Assembly (NCBI GenBank): GCA_964492185.1
Contig: CAZBJH010000004.1
Span: 1-58,939 of the forward strand
Length of the DNA stretch: 58,939 nucleotides
Direction: 5' to 3'
DNA from: an uncultured Bacteroidales bacterium
Lineage (GTDB): Bacteria; Bacteroidota; Bacteroidia; Bacteroidales; UBA10428
Within the stretch, counting starts at the first letter, position 1. Each line of letters begins with the position of its first letter. Positions 39,030 through 48,322 of this stretch are shown in pieces. Both the position numbers and the translations under genes were made by a program. The notes below the pieces were generated by a model. The model saw nothing but the letters and a program-made list of their open reading frames with translations, had not been told where the DNA came from and ran no database searches.

Positions 39030-41372
39030 ATGAAAAACCTGGCCTTAATTACTTTTACCATCTATCTTTTTTCTATCATGCCTGCATCCGGGCAAAAGCC
39101 CCGGCATTACTATAAAGCAGGTGAGGAATTTATGGAAACCGGTCGTGTACAAGACGCGATTGACCAGTTTACAAAAGCCATTGAACTCGATCCCAATTAT
39201 GTTGATGCATATGTTGAGCGTGCACTGGCCCATGAAGAAAGTAATGATCTTGAAAAAGCAAAAGAGGACCTTGAACGTGCACTTGTTTTTGATAATGAAG
39301 AAGAAGAAATCCATTACCTGGCAGCACGCGTTGCATATAAAATGAAAAATTATGATGCTTCAGGCCAACACCTGGATAAAGCATTGAAAACCGACCCCAA
39401 ATTACTCGAGGCACTTCAACTTCAGTCTAAGGTTTTACTTAAGCTGAATAACCCTGATAATGCATTGATAGCAGCAAAAAAATCTGTTATTGTTAAAAAT
39501 AATGCAGAAAGCAACTACTGTCTGGGCATGGTAAACGAAGCACTGAAAAACTATAAAGAAGCAGGGAGAAATTACGAAAAAGCCATATCAAAAGACAAAG
39601 AATACCTGCCTGCATGCCTGGCTCTTGCTTCGCTGCATCTTAAACTTGGTAAAACAGAAGATGCACTTGACCAGTGCAATAAAGTGATTACTCTGAAACC
39701 AAAAAACACTGAAGCCCGATTGATAAGAAGCAGGATCTATGCAAAACAGCTTGAATATCCGAAAGCAATTGACGATATCTCGAAAAATATCCTTGTTGAT
39801 GCTGATAATCCTGCCTGGTACCTGGCCCGCGGATCTTATTACCAGGAATTCACACAGCATATGAGTGCCGTTAATGATTTTACAAAAGTAATACTTCTGG
39901 ATGAATCGAATGCTGAAGCCTATTACAAAAGGGCACATTCATACGAACAGACAGGTAATTTTGAAGCAGCTATCAAAGATTATAAAAAGATCAATGAATT
40001 ATCCGAATACGACCCGCTGGCAAAAAAAATGCAGGATAAAGCTGAAGAAAGGCTCTTCAGGCTTAATAAAGAAAGAAATGAGCCGGAAGTTGTATTTATT
40101 GATCCGGTAATAAAAAATCCGGGTATCATTGAATTTCCTAAAGGAAAAGAATTTATACAGATTAATGGCGTTATACAGGATGAAAGTGCTGTCAAGCGCC
40201 TGCAGATCAACAATAAGGATATACCATTTATCCGCTCGGGAAATAATTATAAATTTACGGCAAACATTGAACCCGGCAGTTCAAAAGTCATTACAGTCAC
40301 TGCTGTTGACGTGTATGATAACCTGTATAATGCAAGCTATTCAATCAAGCGTACGGAAATTGATCCTCCTGCAATTACATTACTGGCTCCCTATGCTTCA
40401 GATAATAATGAGATCTATCTTGATAATCCCGGACAATCAATCTTTATTGAAGGAAAAATCAACGATGACAGCCGCATTAAATCCATCCTGATTGATGGTG
40501 TTGCAGCAAGCTATGCAATCAATGAGAATAACCCCGGGTTCACTGCCAATGTGAACATCGCCAACAAAAATGCCATAACAGTTAAAGTCGTTGATGAATA
40601 CGGTAATGAAACCGTTCTGGAATATACAATTAATCGCGACGGAGTGTCACTGGCAGAAAACAATCCTATGGGAAAAACATGGATAGTGTTTGTTGAAAAT
40701 TCAAATTACCGTTCATTTGCCAGTCTTGAAGGACCCCAAAAAGATGTTACCTTAATGCGGTCAGCGCTTGCACGATACAAGATTAACAAGGTGATCCATA
40801 AAAAAGATCTTACCAAACAGGAGATGGAGAAATTTTTTGCCATCGATTTGCGTAACCTGGTAAAAAGCAATAATGTGAATACGCTCCTTGTATGGTATGC
40901 CGGACACGGCAAATTTATCAATGAAACCGGATACTGGATTCCTATTGATGCAAAGCGAGATGATGAATTCACCTATTTTAACATCAACAGCCTCAGGGCT
41001 TCATTACAATCCTACGTAAATCTTACACACACACTGGTTGTAACTGATGCCTGTGAATCGGGGCCGACCTTTTATCAGGCTATGCGTGGAAAACCAACAA
41101 TTATGAGTTGCGATGACTGGAAAGCCACAAAATTCAAGTCCTCCCAGGTATTCTCATCAGCTGGTTACGAACTTGCCGTGGACAATTCACAGTTTACCCG
41201 TACCTTCGCCAACACTCTGGTAAATAATCCCAACTCCTGCATACCTATTGAAGCGATAGTTGAAAAAGTAAGTCTGGCAGTACAGAGAAACAACCAGCAA
41301 AAACCGGTATTTGGAAAAATTACCGGTTTGGAGGATGAAAACGGGACTTTTTTCTTCGTGGCAAAAGAATAA
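39030..41372 (+). CDS. Secreted TPR-repeat protein with two Ig-like domains and a C-terminal caspase (peptidase C14) domain.
   Basis: It has a signal peptide, about 8 TPR repeats, and the catalytic dyad contexts VWYAGHGKF (His) and VVTDACESGP (Cys). Confidence 0.8.
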   Translation: MKNLALITFTIYLFSIMPASGQKPRHYYKAGEEFMETGRVQDAIDQFTKAIELDPNYVDAYVERALAHEESNDLEKAKEDLERALVFDNEEEEIHYLAARVAYKMKNYDASGQHLDKALKTDPKLLEALQLQSKVLLKLNNPDNALIAAKKSVIVKNNAESNYCLGMVNEALKNYKEAGRNYEKAISKDKEYLPACLALASLHLKLGKTEDALDQCNKVITLKPKNTEARLIRSRIYAKQLEYPKAIDDISKNILVDADNPAWYLARGSYYQEFTQHMSAVNDFTKVILLDESNAEAYYKRAHSYEQTGNFEAAIKDYKKINELSEYDPLAKKMQDKAEERLFRLNKERNEPEVVFIDPVIKNPGIIEFPKGKEFIQINGVIQDESAVKRLQINNKDIPFIRSGNNYKFTANIEPGSSKVITVTAVDVYDNLYNASYSIKRTEIDPPAITLLAPYASDNNEIYLDNPGQSIFIEGKINDDSRIKSILIDGVAASYAINENNPGFTANVNIANKNAITVKVVDEYGNETVLEYTINRDGVSLAENNPMGKTWIVFVENSNYRSFASLEGPQKDVTLMRSALARYKINKVIHKKDLTKQEMEKFFAIDLRNLVKSNNVNTLLVWYAGHGKFINETGYWIPIDAKRDDEFTYFNINSLRASLQSYVNLTHTLVVTDACESGPTFYQAMRGKPTIMSCDDWKATKFKSSQVFSSAGYELAVDNSQFTRTFANTLVNNPNSCIPIEAIVEKVSLAVQRNNQQKPVFGKITGLEDENGTFFFVAKE

Positions 41373-41381
41373 TAAACTCAC

Positions 41382-44300
41382 ATGACATATTCCTTTTCAG
41401 GAATCAGCGATAACAATGCACGTTTAAAATGGCTTGCATTGTTACCGCTTATATTGGTTTTAACAATATCACAGGCCCTTTCGCAGGTGTATTATTTCGA
41501 TAATTACAGTACACAGGACGGACTTGGGCAATCGACCGTTTATTCCATTGTGCAGGACAGCAGCGGATATGTATGGCTGGGCACGCTTGACGGCGTATCA
41601 CGGTTCAATGGCAAAGATTTTGAAAACTATACTGCTGCCAACGGACTTGCCCCCGGTGGTGTTAAGACAATTCTTATTGACAAAAAATACCGGTTCTGGT
41701 TCGGGCATCATAATGGCGGCCTTACGAGATATGACGGACAACAATTTACACAAGTAAGTGATTCAATTTTACCCAATGATAAAGATATTACCACGCTTAT
41801 TGAAGATGCCAAAGGGAAATTATGGATAGGAACATACGGTAACGGGGCTTTTGTTATTCAAAATCCGGGGTCCGAACCTGAAAATTTTGATATTATTAAT
41901 TATAAGGGAGGAAGGCTGAGTGATATCGTTTTTGGAGGCACGATAGCCCTTAGTAACGATCTTTTTTTAATTACCGATGTTGGAATAAAACGTTACCGTG
42001 AAGAGTTGAGAACATTCATTAATTTCCAGCCCGAAGGACATCCCACCTATTTTTTTAAAACCACCATGTTTGAAGACAGCAAGGGAAATGTTTGGTATGG
42101 CACCCGGAACGGAGGACTTATAAAACAACACAGGACAGGCGAAGAATTTAATATTTACGATACCCGTGACGGACTGGAAACCAATTTTATATGGACAATA
42201 TTTGAAGACAGCAGGGGAAGCATCTGGACGAGCAACCTTGACGACAGGAATATTAACGGTGGATTGACCAGGATTACAAATTCACACTTTCAGCGATACA
42301 ATAAAAATAACGGGCTTACTGATAATAAGATACATTGCCTTTATGAGGATTACGAGGGGAACATTCTTATCGGTACTCGCAATAACGGACTTTGTATTTT
42401 TAAAGGTGACCATTTAATAACTTACCGCGAAGGTGAGGAAAGTTTGCTGGACAATAACATCTCATGTGTGTTTGAAGACCCCTACGGCAGGATATGGGCA
42501 GGAGGAGATGAAGGAATTAACATAATAAGCCGCCCCCTTGAAAAAGATCAGAAGATCGAATATGTATATGACCGTAACAGTATCCTTCGCAACCCGGTTA
42601 AATTCATTGATTCAGATCAAAACGGTAACATCTGGATCGGAACAGAAGGAGGTGGGATATACACTGTTCCTGCAGGTAAAAGACAGATGGAATTCGACCC
42701 TGTGTTAAATTATTATGTCTTCCCCGGCGATCAGGACAGGATCATCACAATGCTACTTACCGACAAAAACAATATCCTGTGGATAGGTACTTCTGAAGGA
42801 TTGGTTGAATACCACCCGGGTAATGAGATGAAAATACGACGAAGGCAGGAAGACGGATTATCTGGCAACAACATCTCGGCCATCTATTCCGATCCCCGTT
42901 CAAACTTATGGATCGGATCTATCAACAGTGGGGTAAGTTTTTACAATGCTCAAACCGGTAAGTTCAGCCCGGTTGTTAATATTCCCGCTATCACACCTAC
43001 CTGTTTTATAATGGATAACCTCGGTAAGCTATGGATAGGTACTGAAAGCAGTGGCCTTTTGATTTTTGACGGTGATACCGTGATCCGCAGTATCAGGACT
43101 GATGACGGTATCCTCTCCAACCTCATCAAATTGCTTGCTATTGATAATGATAATAACATATATATTGGCACCAATAAAGGACTGAATAAATACGACCCCG
43201 AAAAAAACAGGTTTTACGGATATTCAAAAAAAGATGGTTTTACAGGCATTGAAACCAACTACCTCGCCTCATGTAATGATAGCAAAGGGAAATTATGGTT
43301 TGGCACAGTAGAAGGACTTACGTGCTATGATCCTGAACGCGACAATAATATCGAGGCCCCACCAAAAACATACATACATGATTTTATTGTGGGCAGACAA
43401 AAAATGCCTTTGAAAAACGGAATTAAACTGAATAGCTCACAAAATTCAATCAGTTTTAACTACCAGTGTGTTAGTCTTGCGGATCCTGACGCTGTTCAAT
43501 ATCTGTACATGCTTGAGGGTAACGACACAGAATGGCTTGGGCCTACATCAAGGACCACAGTTAAATATGACCGTCTGCCCCCGGGCAGCTATACATTTAA
43601 ACTGCTTGCAAAAAATAATACTAACATCTGGAATGAAAAACCGGTAACATTCAGCTTTTTTATCGACAAACCATTTTATTTGAAATGGTATTCCATTATT
43701 TCTTCTGTCGGTATCATTGTGCTTATGATCATCATGTTTATAAAAATACGTGAAAGCCAGCTTATCAGGGAAAAACGTTTCCTTGAGGATAAAGTCAGGG
43801 AACGCACCCTTGCCCTTTCGAATGCAAATGAAGAGCTGGAGAAGAGAAACAGGGAATTTACAGCCAGCATTCGTTATGCCAAGCGGATACAATTCGCCAT
43901 CCTACCTCCGGAGATACCTTTTGAAAACTGTTTTGTTTTCTTTCGGCCCAAGGATATTGTCAGTGGTGATTTCTACTGGAGTACCCGTCACAAGGGAAAA
44001 GAATTCATAGCAGCAGTAGATTGCACTGGGCATGGCGTACCGGGAGCATTTATGTCATTCATCGGATACAACTCGCTAAATAAAATTGTTAAAGAACACA
44101 ATATCACAAAACCTTCTGACATCCTTATTGATCTGAATATTGACGTGGCTACGGCCCTTCACCAGAAAGGAAAAGATATTGTAAATGACGGTATGGATAT
44201 CGGACTTGTCAGCTATGATATGAGCACTAAAATACTTGAGTATGCAGGTGCCTTTAACCCCATGTTACTGATCCAAAATGGTAAAGCAATGGAAACCAGG

Positions 44301-44591
44301 GCTAATCGTTTCTCTATCGGACGTTCAACGGGAAGAGAGAGGGAATTTACCAATCACTCATTTCATGTGGAAAAAGGCGATATGATGTACTTGTTTACCG
44401 ATGGATTTGCCGACCAGTTTGGAGGTGAAAAGGGTAAAAAATTCAAAACAAAAAACCTGAAGGACCTGCTTTACAGTATACATCACAAAAGCAACAATGA
44501 GCAGATTGAATATCTTGAAAATGCCTTCAACCAGTGGAAAGGCGATAATGATCAGATTGACGATGTACTTATCATAGGTCGTAGGTTCTAG
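41382..44591 (+). CDS. Sensor phosphatase with periplasmic two-component-regulator propeller repeats, a Y_Y_Y-like domain, a TM helix, a coiled coil and a cytoplasmic PP2C/SpoIIE domain.
   Basis: It has repeated WIGT/WFGT propeller motifs, a TM helix at about residues 765-785, and the SpoIIE motifs SGDFYW, DCTGHGVPGAFMS and TDGFADQFGG. Confidence 0.8.
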   Translation: MTYSFSGISDNNARLKWLALLPLILVLTISQALSQVYYFDNYSTQDGLGQSTVYSIVQDSSGYVWLGTLDGVSRFNGKDFENYTAANGLAPGGVKTILIDKKYRFWFGHHNGGLTRYDGQQFTQVSDSILPNDKDITTLIEDAKGKLWIGTYGNGAFVIQNPGSEPENFDIINYKGGRLSDIVFGGTIALSNDLFLITDVGIKRYREELRTFINFQPEGHPTYFFKTTMFEDSKGNVWYGTRNGGLIKQHRTGEEFNIYDTRDGLETNFIWTIFEDSRGSIWTSNLDDRNINGGLTRITNSHFQRYNKNNGLTDNKIHCLYEDYEGNILIGTRNNGLCIFKGDHLITYREGEESLLDNNISCVFEDPYGRIWAGGDEGINIISRPLEKDQKIEYVYDRNSILRNPVKFIDSDQNGNIWIGTEGGGIYTVPAGKRQMEFDPVLNYYVFPGDQDRIITMLLTDKNNILWIGTSEGLVEYHPGNEMKIRRRQEDGLSGNNISAIYSDPRSNLWIGSINSGVSFYNAQTGKFSPVVNIPAITPTCFIMDNLGKLWIGTESSGLLIFDGDTVIRSIRTDDGILSNLIKLLAIDNDNNIYIGTNKGLNKYDPEKNRFYGYSKKDGFTGIETNYLASCNDSKGKLWFGTVEGLTCYDPERDNNIEAPPKTYIHDFIVGRQKMPLKNGIKLNSSQNSISFNYQCVSLADPDAVQYLYMLEGNDTEWLGPTSRTTVKYDRLPPGSYTFKLLAKNNTNIWNEKPVTFSFFIDKPFYLKWYSIISSVGIIVLMIIMFIKIRESQLIREKRFLEDKVRERTLALSNANEELEKRNREFTASIRYAKRIQFAILPPEIPFENCFVFFRPKDIVSGDFYWSTRHKGKEFIAAVDCTGHGVPGAFMSFIGYNSLNKIVKEHNITKPSDILIDLNIDVATALHQKGKDIVNDGMDIGLVSYDMSTKILEYAGAFNPMLLIQNGKAMETRANRFSIGRSTGREREFTNHSFHVEKGDMMYLFTDGFADQFGGEKGKKFKTKNLKDLLYSIHHKSNNEQIEYLENAFNQWKGDNDQIDDVLIIGRRF

Positions 44592-44638
44592 TATATCAGC
44601 ATTCCAACCCCATTTTACTAACAATCCCTCTCTTACAC

Positions 44639-46561
44639 CTATCCCACACTCGACAAAACCGCCCTCTTTACCAGCTTTTTTGCTGCCTCATAAATACCGT
44701 CAATATCCAGTCCGCATTCCTTAAGTAATTCAGCTTGTGATCCCTGATCCATAAACCTGTCGGGAATACCCAGCCGTTTTAATCTGGCCGTATAAGCTTT
44801 ATCACACATATACTCTGCCACAGAACTTCCAAAACCTCCTGATAAGGCACCTTCTTCAATGGTCATAACAAACTTAAAACTCCGGAATACCTCATCCAGC
44901 AACTTTTTATCAAGAGGCTTAATAAAACGCATATCGTAATGTGCAACGCTTATATTATCCATTTCCAGCCTGTCAATTGCCAGGGCAGCAGTATTACCAA
45001 TATGCCCTACAGATAATACGACCATATCCGTTCCTCTTTTCAGTAAGCGGCCTTTGCCAACGGGTATCTCCCTGAAAGGCCGTTTCCAGTCAGGCATAAC
45101 CCCCTGTCCGCGAGGATAACGAATAACAAAGGGATCGTGGTTTTTAAGCTGGGCGGTATACATCAGGTTTCGCAATTCTTCCTCGTTCATTGGTGCTGAA
45201 ACGATCATATTCGGGATAGTTCTCATAAATGACAGATCATATGCACCATGATGTGTTGCCCCGTCACCTCCCACAAGCCCTGCACGATCAAGACAAAACA
45301 CAACAGGCAATCTCTGAATTGCCACATCATGAATTACCTGGTCATACGACCTTTGAATGAAGGATGAATATATATTACAAAAAGGGATCAGTCCCTGTGT
45401 TGCCAGTCCGGCAGAAAAAGTGACCGCGTGCTGTTCAGCAATTCCCACATCAAATGTTCGTTCGGGCATCACATCCATCATGATCTTCAGTGATGAGCCG
45501 CTGGGCATGGCCGGGGTAATACCCACGATTTTCGGATTATTTTTAGCCAGCTCGAGCAGTGTGTTTCCAAATACATCCTGATAAAGAGGCGCTTGAGGCT
45601 TTTCTGATTTTACCGCCAGAATTTCCCCCGTATTCTTGTTAAACCTGCCGGGCGCGTGAAACCTGGTCTGGTTCAGCTCAGCCTGCTTAAAACCCTTTCC
45701 CTTCTTCGTAAGAATATGAAGAAGCTTGGGCCCCCGGATATCCTTCATATCTTCCATAAGCCTGGCAAGGTGCACTACATCATGTCCGTCTACCGGACCA
45801 AAATACCGGAAATTCAATGATTCAAACAGATTGCTCTGCCTCAGCAAAACAGATTTCAGGCCGTTTTCAAGTTTCTGCGCATACCCCCGGGCATTGGGAG
45901 CAATGTTGTTTATCTTACCCAACAAATTCCAGATATCGGTTTTTACCCTGTTATATGTTTTTGATGTGGTAATATCCACGAGGTACTCCTTCAAAGCGCC
46001 AACATTGGGATCAATAGCAATATTATTATCATTCAGAATAACAAGCAGGTCAGTATTCTCAGATCCTGCATGGTTCAATCCTTCAAAAGCCATTCCGCCG
46101 GTTAAAGCCCCGTCACCAATAATGGCAACCACGTTTCTTTTCGCCCCCTGCTGCCTGTCGGCAACAGCCATTCCCAGTGCAGCCGATATTGAAGTGGACG
46201 CGTGCCCCGTGCCAAAAGCATCATACTCACTTTCACTCATCTTTGGAAAACCGCTGATACCCCCGTATTTCCTGTTTGTATTAAACATTTTTCGGCGGCC
46301 GGTAAGTATTTTATGGCCATAGGCCTGATGTCCCACATCCCAAACAAGTTTATCAAAAGGAGTATTAAATACATAATGCATGGCAACTGTCAACTCAACA
46401 ACACCCAGGCTGGCACCTAAATGCCCGGGGTTGGACGAAACTTCATCAATAATGAATTGCCGTAACTCACTGCTTAATTCAACAAGTTCTTCTATACTCA
46501 ACTTCTTAAGGTCAGAAGGATACTTAATTTTTTTCAGCAGTTTGTAGTTGCTTTTTGACAT
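44639..46561 (-). CDS. dxs: 1-deoxy-D-xylulose-5-phosphate synthase.
   Basis: Contains VGHQAYGHKILTGR and the ThDP motif IIGDGALTGGMAFEGLN, and is 640 aa. Confidence 0.92.
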   Translation of the reverse strand: MSKSNYKLLKKIKYPSDLKKLSIEELVELSSELRQFIIDEVSSNPGHLGASLGVVELTVAMHYVFNTPFDKLVWDVGHQAYGHKILTGRRKMFNTNRKYGGISGFPKMSESEYDAFGTGHASTSISAALGMAVADRQQGAKRNVVAIIGDGALTGGMAFEGLNHAGSENTDLLVILNDNNIAIDPNVGALKEYLVDITTSKTYNRVKTDIWNLLGKINNIAPNARGYAQKLENGLKSVLLRQSNLFESLNFRYFGPVDGHDVVHLARLMEDMKDIRGPKLLHILTKKGKGFKQAELNQTRFHAPGRFNKNTGEILAVKSEKPQAPLYQDVFGNTLLELAKNNPKIVGITPAMPSGSSLKIMMDVMPERTFDVGIAEQHAVTFSAGLATQGLIPFCNIYSSFIQRSYDQVIHDVAIQRLPVVFCLDRAGLVGGDGATHHGAYDLSFMRTIPNMIVSAPMNEEELRNLMYTAQLKNHDPFVIRYPRGQGVMPDWKRPFREIPVGKGRLLKRGTDMVVLSVGHIGNTAALAIDRLEMDNISVAHYDMRFIKPLDKKLLDEVFRSFKFVMTIEEGALSGGFGSSVAEYMCDKAYTARLKRLGIPDRFMDQGSQAELLKECGLDIDGIYEAAKKLVKRAVLSSVG

Positions 46562-46581
46562 TTTTTATTAATGACTAAATT

Positions 46582-46625
46582 CGGACATTATTGACAGGCA
46601 CTAAATAGTGTCTGTCAATAAACTT
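46582..46625. repeat. Solo pair of back-to-back family-A termini: CGGACATTATTGACAGGCAC-TA-AA-TA-GTGTCTGTCAATAAACTT.
   Basis: It is a near-perfect palindrome with the same architecture as 161-207. It lies in the divergent dxs/OmpA-family spacer. Confidence 0.8.
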
Positions 46626-46806
46626 AACATTCAAAGTTAATAATTATTATCGATAAAAGTTGAGAGTTTTTTCCGCTTATCGTAATTTCAGCCTGTTAAA
46701 AAATAAATCTTCGTAAATTGAGTTTATACGTAAAACAGAAATAATACGGAAAATGAAAACACGATCCCTGATAAATCTCAAAATACGAGGCATAAAAATA
46801 AAAAAC

Positions 46807-47802
46807 ATGAGGAATTTATTTCTAATAATATTTGCCGGACTCCTTTTTTCCTGTGCACCTCCCCGGCAGTTCAGGGCACTTCAGAAAGAAAATGCCAGCT
46901 GCCAGGAGGAGCGGGAACTGTTAAAGAAGAACAATGAAAAGCTGACTGTAGAGAACAATGAACTGGAAGCAAAAATTGCCGGCCTGGAGAAAAAAATACA
47001 GGAATGGGGTAAAGACAGCCTCAAACGGTTTGAAGAACTGAACGCACTTAAACGGCGCTATGAAGACCTGGGTAACCGTTATGAAAACCTTAAGGAAGCA
47101 CAGGAATCCATTCTGGAAGGAAGTGCCAGTGAAGCAAGAGAATTGCTCGGTCAGTTGCAGTCAACCCAGGAGGATCTGCAAAACCGGGAAGATAAGCTGA
47201 ATGAATTATCCCGTGAAATTGACCAGGACAAACGCGAGCTTGAACATCTTAGAAGCGAGCTGGAATCACGGAATGCACGGCTTGTCGAGCTTGAAAATAT
47301 TTTACAGCGCAAAGAAGAAGCAGTGAATGAGCTGAAGAATAAAGTATCGGCAGCGCTTATGGGATTCGAAGGAGAAGGGCTAACAGTCACCCAGAAGAAC
47401 GGTAAAGTATATGTTTCGCTTGAGGAAAAACTTCTTTTTGGCAGCGGCAGTACGGAAGTCGACGCCAAAGGTGTGAGCGCGTTAAAAAAGCTTGCCGGCG
47501 TGCTGGAGAATAACAGGGATATCAACATTATGATCGAAGGTCATACCGATGATGTGCCGGTGATCCCGGGATCGCGCTTTAAAGACAACTGGGGCCTCAG
47601 TGTTCAGCGTGCAACAGCCATTGTAAGGATCCTTCTTGACGGCACCACAATTAATCCCCGCCGCCTGACAGCAGCCGGCAGGAGTGAGTTCATGCCGGTG
47701 GATACGGGCAAAACTGCCGAAGCACGTCAGAAAAACCGCCGAACAGAGATCATACTCACGCCCAACCTTGATGAGCTTTTCAGAATACTGGAAACTAACT
47801 GA
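46807..47802 (+). CDS. OmpA-family lipoprotein with a long coiled-coil region. The start is trimmed to MRNLFLIIFAGLLFSC.
   Basis: It has a lipobox (LLFSC) and a C-terminal OmpA-like domain (NWGLSVQRA...NRRTEIIL). Confidence 0.8.
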   Translation: MRNLFLIIFAGLLFSCAPPRQFRALQKENASCQEERELLKKNNEKLTVENNELEAKIAGLEKKIQEWGKDSLKRFEELNALKRRYEDLGNRYENLKEAQESILEGSASEARELLGQLQSTQEDLQNREDKLNELSREIDQDKRELEHLRSELESRNARLVELENILQRKEEAVNELKNKVSAALMGFEGEGLTVTQKNGKVYVSLEEKLLFGSGSTEVDAKGVSALKKLAGVLENNRDINIMIEGHTDDVPVIPGSRFKDNWGLSVQRATAIVRILLDGTTINPRRLTAAGRSEFMPVDTGKTAEARQKNRRTEIILTPNLDELFRILETN

Positions 47803-47886
47803 CATTCTCATCTTTTAATACATACACTGTAATGATAGCAATCCAGGATCGTCTTATAACAAAAGAAATAATACGCATATTATACA

Positions 47887-47926
47887 GTGTATGTCAATAA
47901 AGTTGGCAAAATGTTCAACCGGTAAT
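47887..47926 (+). repeat. Family-A type III module.
   Basis: GTGTATGTCAATAAAGTTGGCAAAATGTTCAACCGGTAAT aligns with 33426-33465. Confidence 0.8.
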
Positions 47927-47966
47927 ACAGAATAGCCATATATCCTATGCCGTTTATAAAGTCATA

Positions 47967-48141
47967 GTGTTTGTTCAGAATGTTCAAGATCAAGGCGCGC
48001 GAACCGAACGAAGTGAGCTCTTGAACACCTTTAAAAATTATTAACGTTGTGAAAAACATTTTAAACCGCGGTATACGCTAGGGTATTCGAGGATTTAAAA
48101 TTTTGGCAGCAACGCGGATATCGGGCATTATGGAGAGACAC
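47967..48141 (-). repeat. Family-A type I module (1 tandem unit), TA-flanked (47965-47966 and 48142-48143).
   Basis: GTGTTTGTTCAGAATGTTCAAGATC...GGATATCGGGCATTATGGAGAGACAC is the reverse complement of the 30392-30564 arrangement. Confidence 0.88.
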
Positions 48142-48226
48142 TAAATAGTGTAAAGGTAAATTTACGAGGGGCTATTTTTTGGTACCCTGTCAGCATGGAC
48201 TCATATCCCCTTTTGTAAAGTAATTC

Positions 48227-48299
48227 GGGCCTGCTGAAAAACACGAAATAAATTTATATTCAAAACAATTTTGATGCACTACAGACTTTTTCAGCAGAC
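48227..48299 (+). repeat. Family-B repeat, a 73-nt short form with inverted ends GCCTGCTGAAAAA/TTTTTCAGCAGAC.
   Basis: It shares GGGCCTGCTGAAAAACACGAAATAAATTTATA with 20522 and 58695. Confidence 0.8.
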
Positions 48300-48322
48300 A
48301 ATGTTAATCTTTTCGACTTTGC

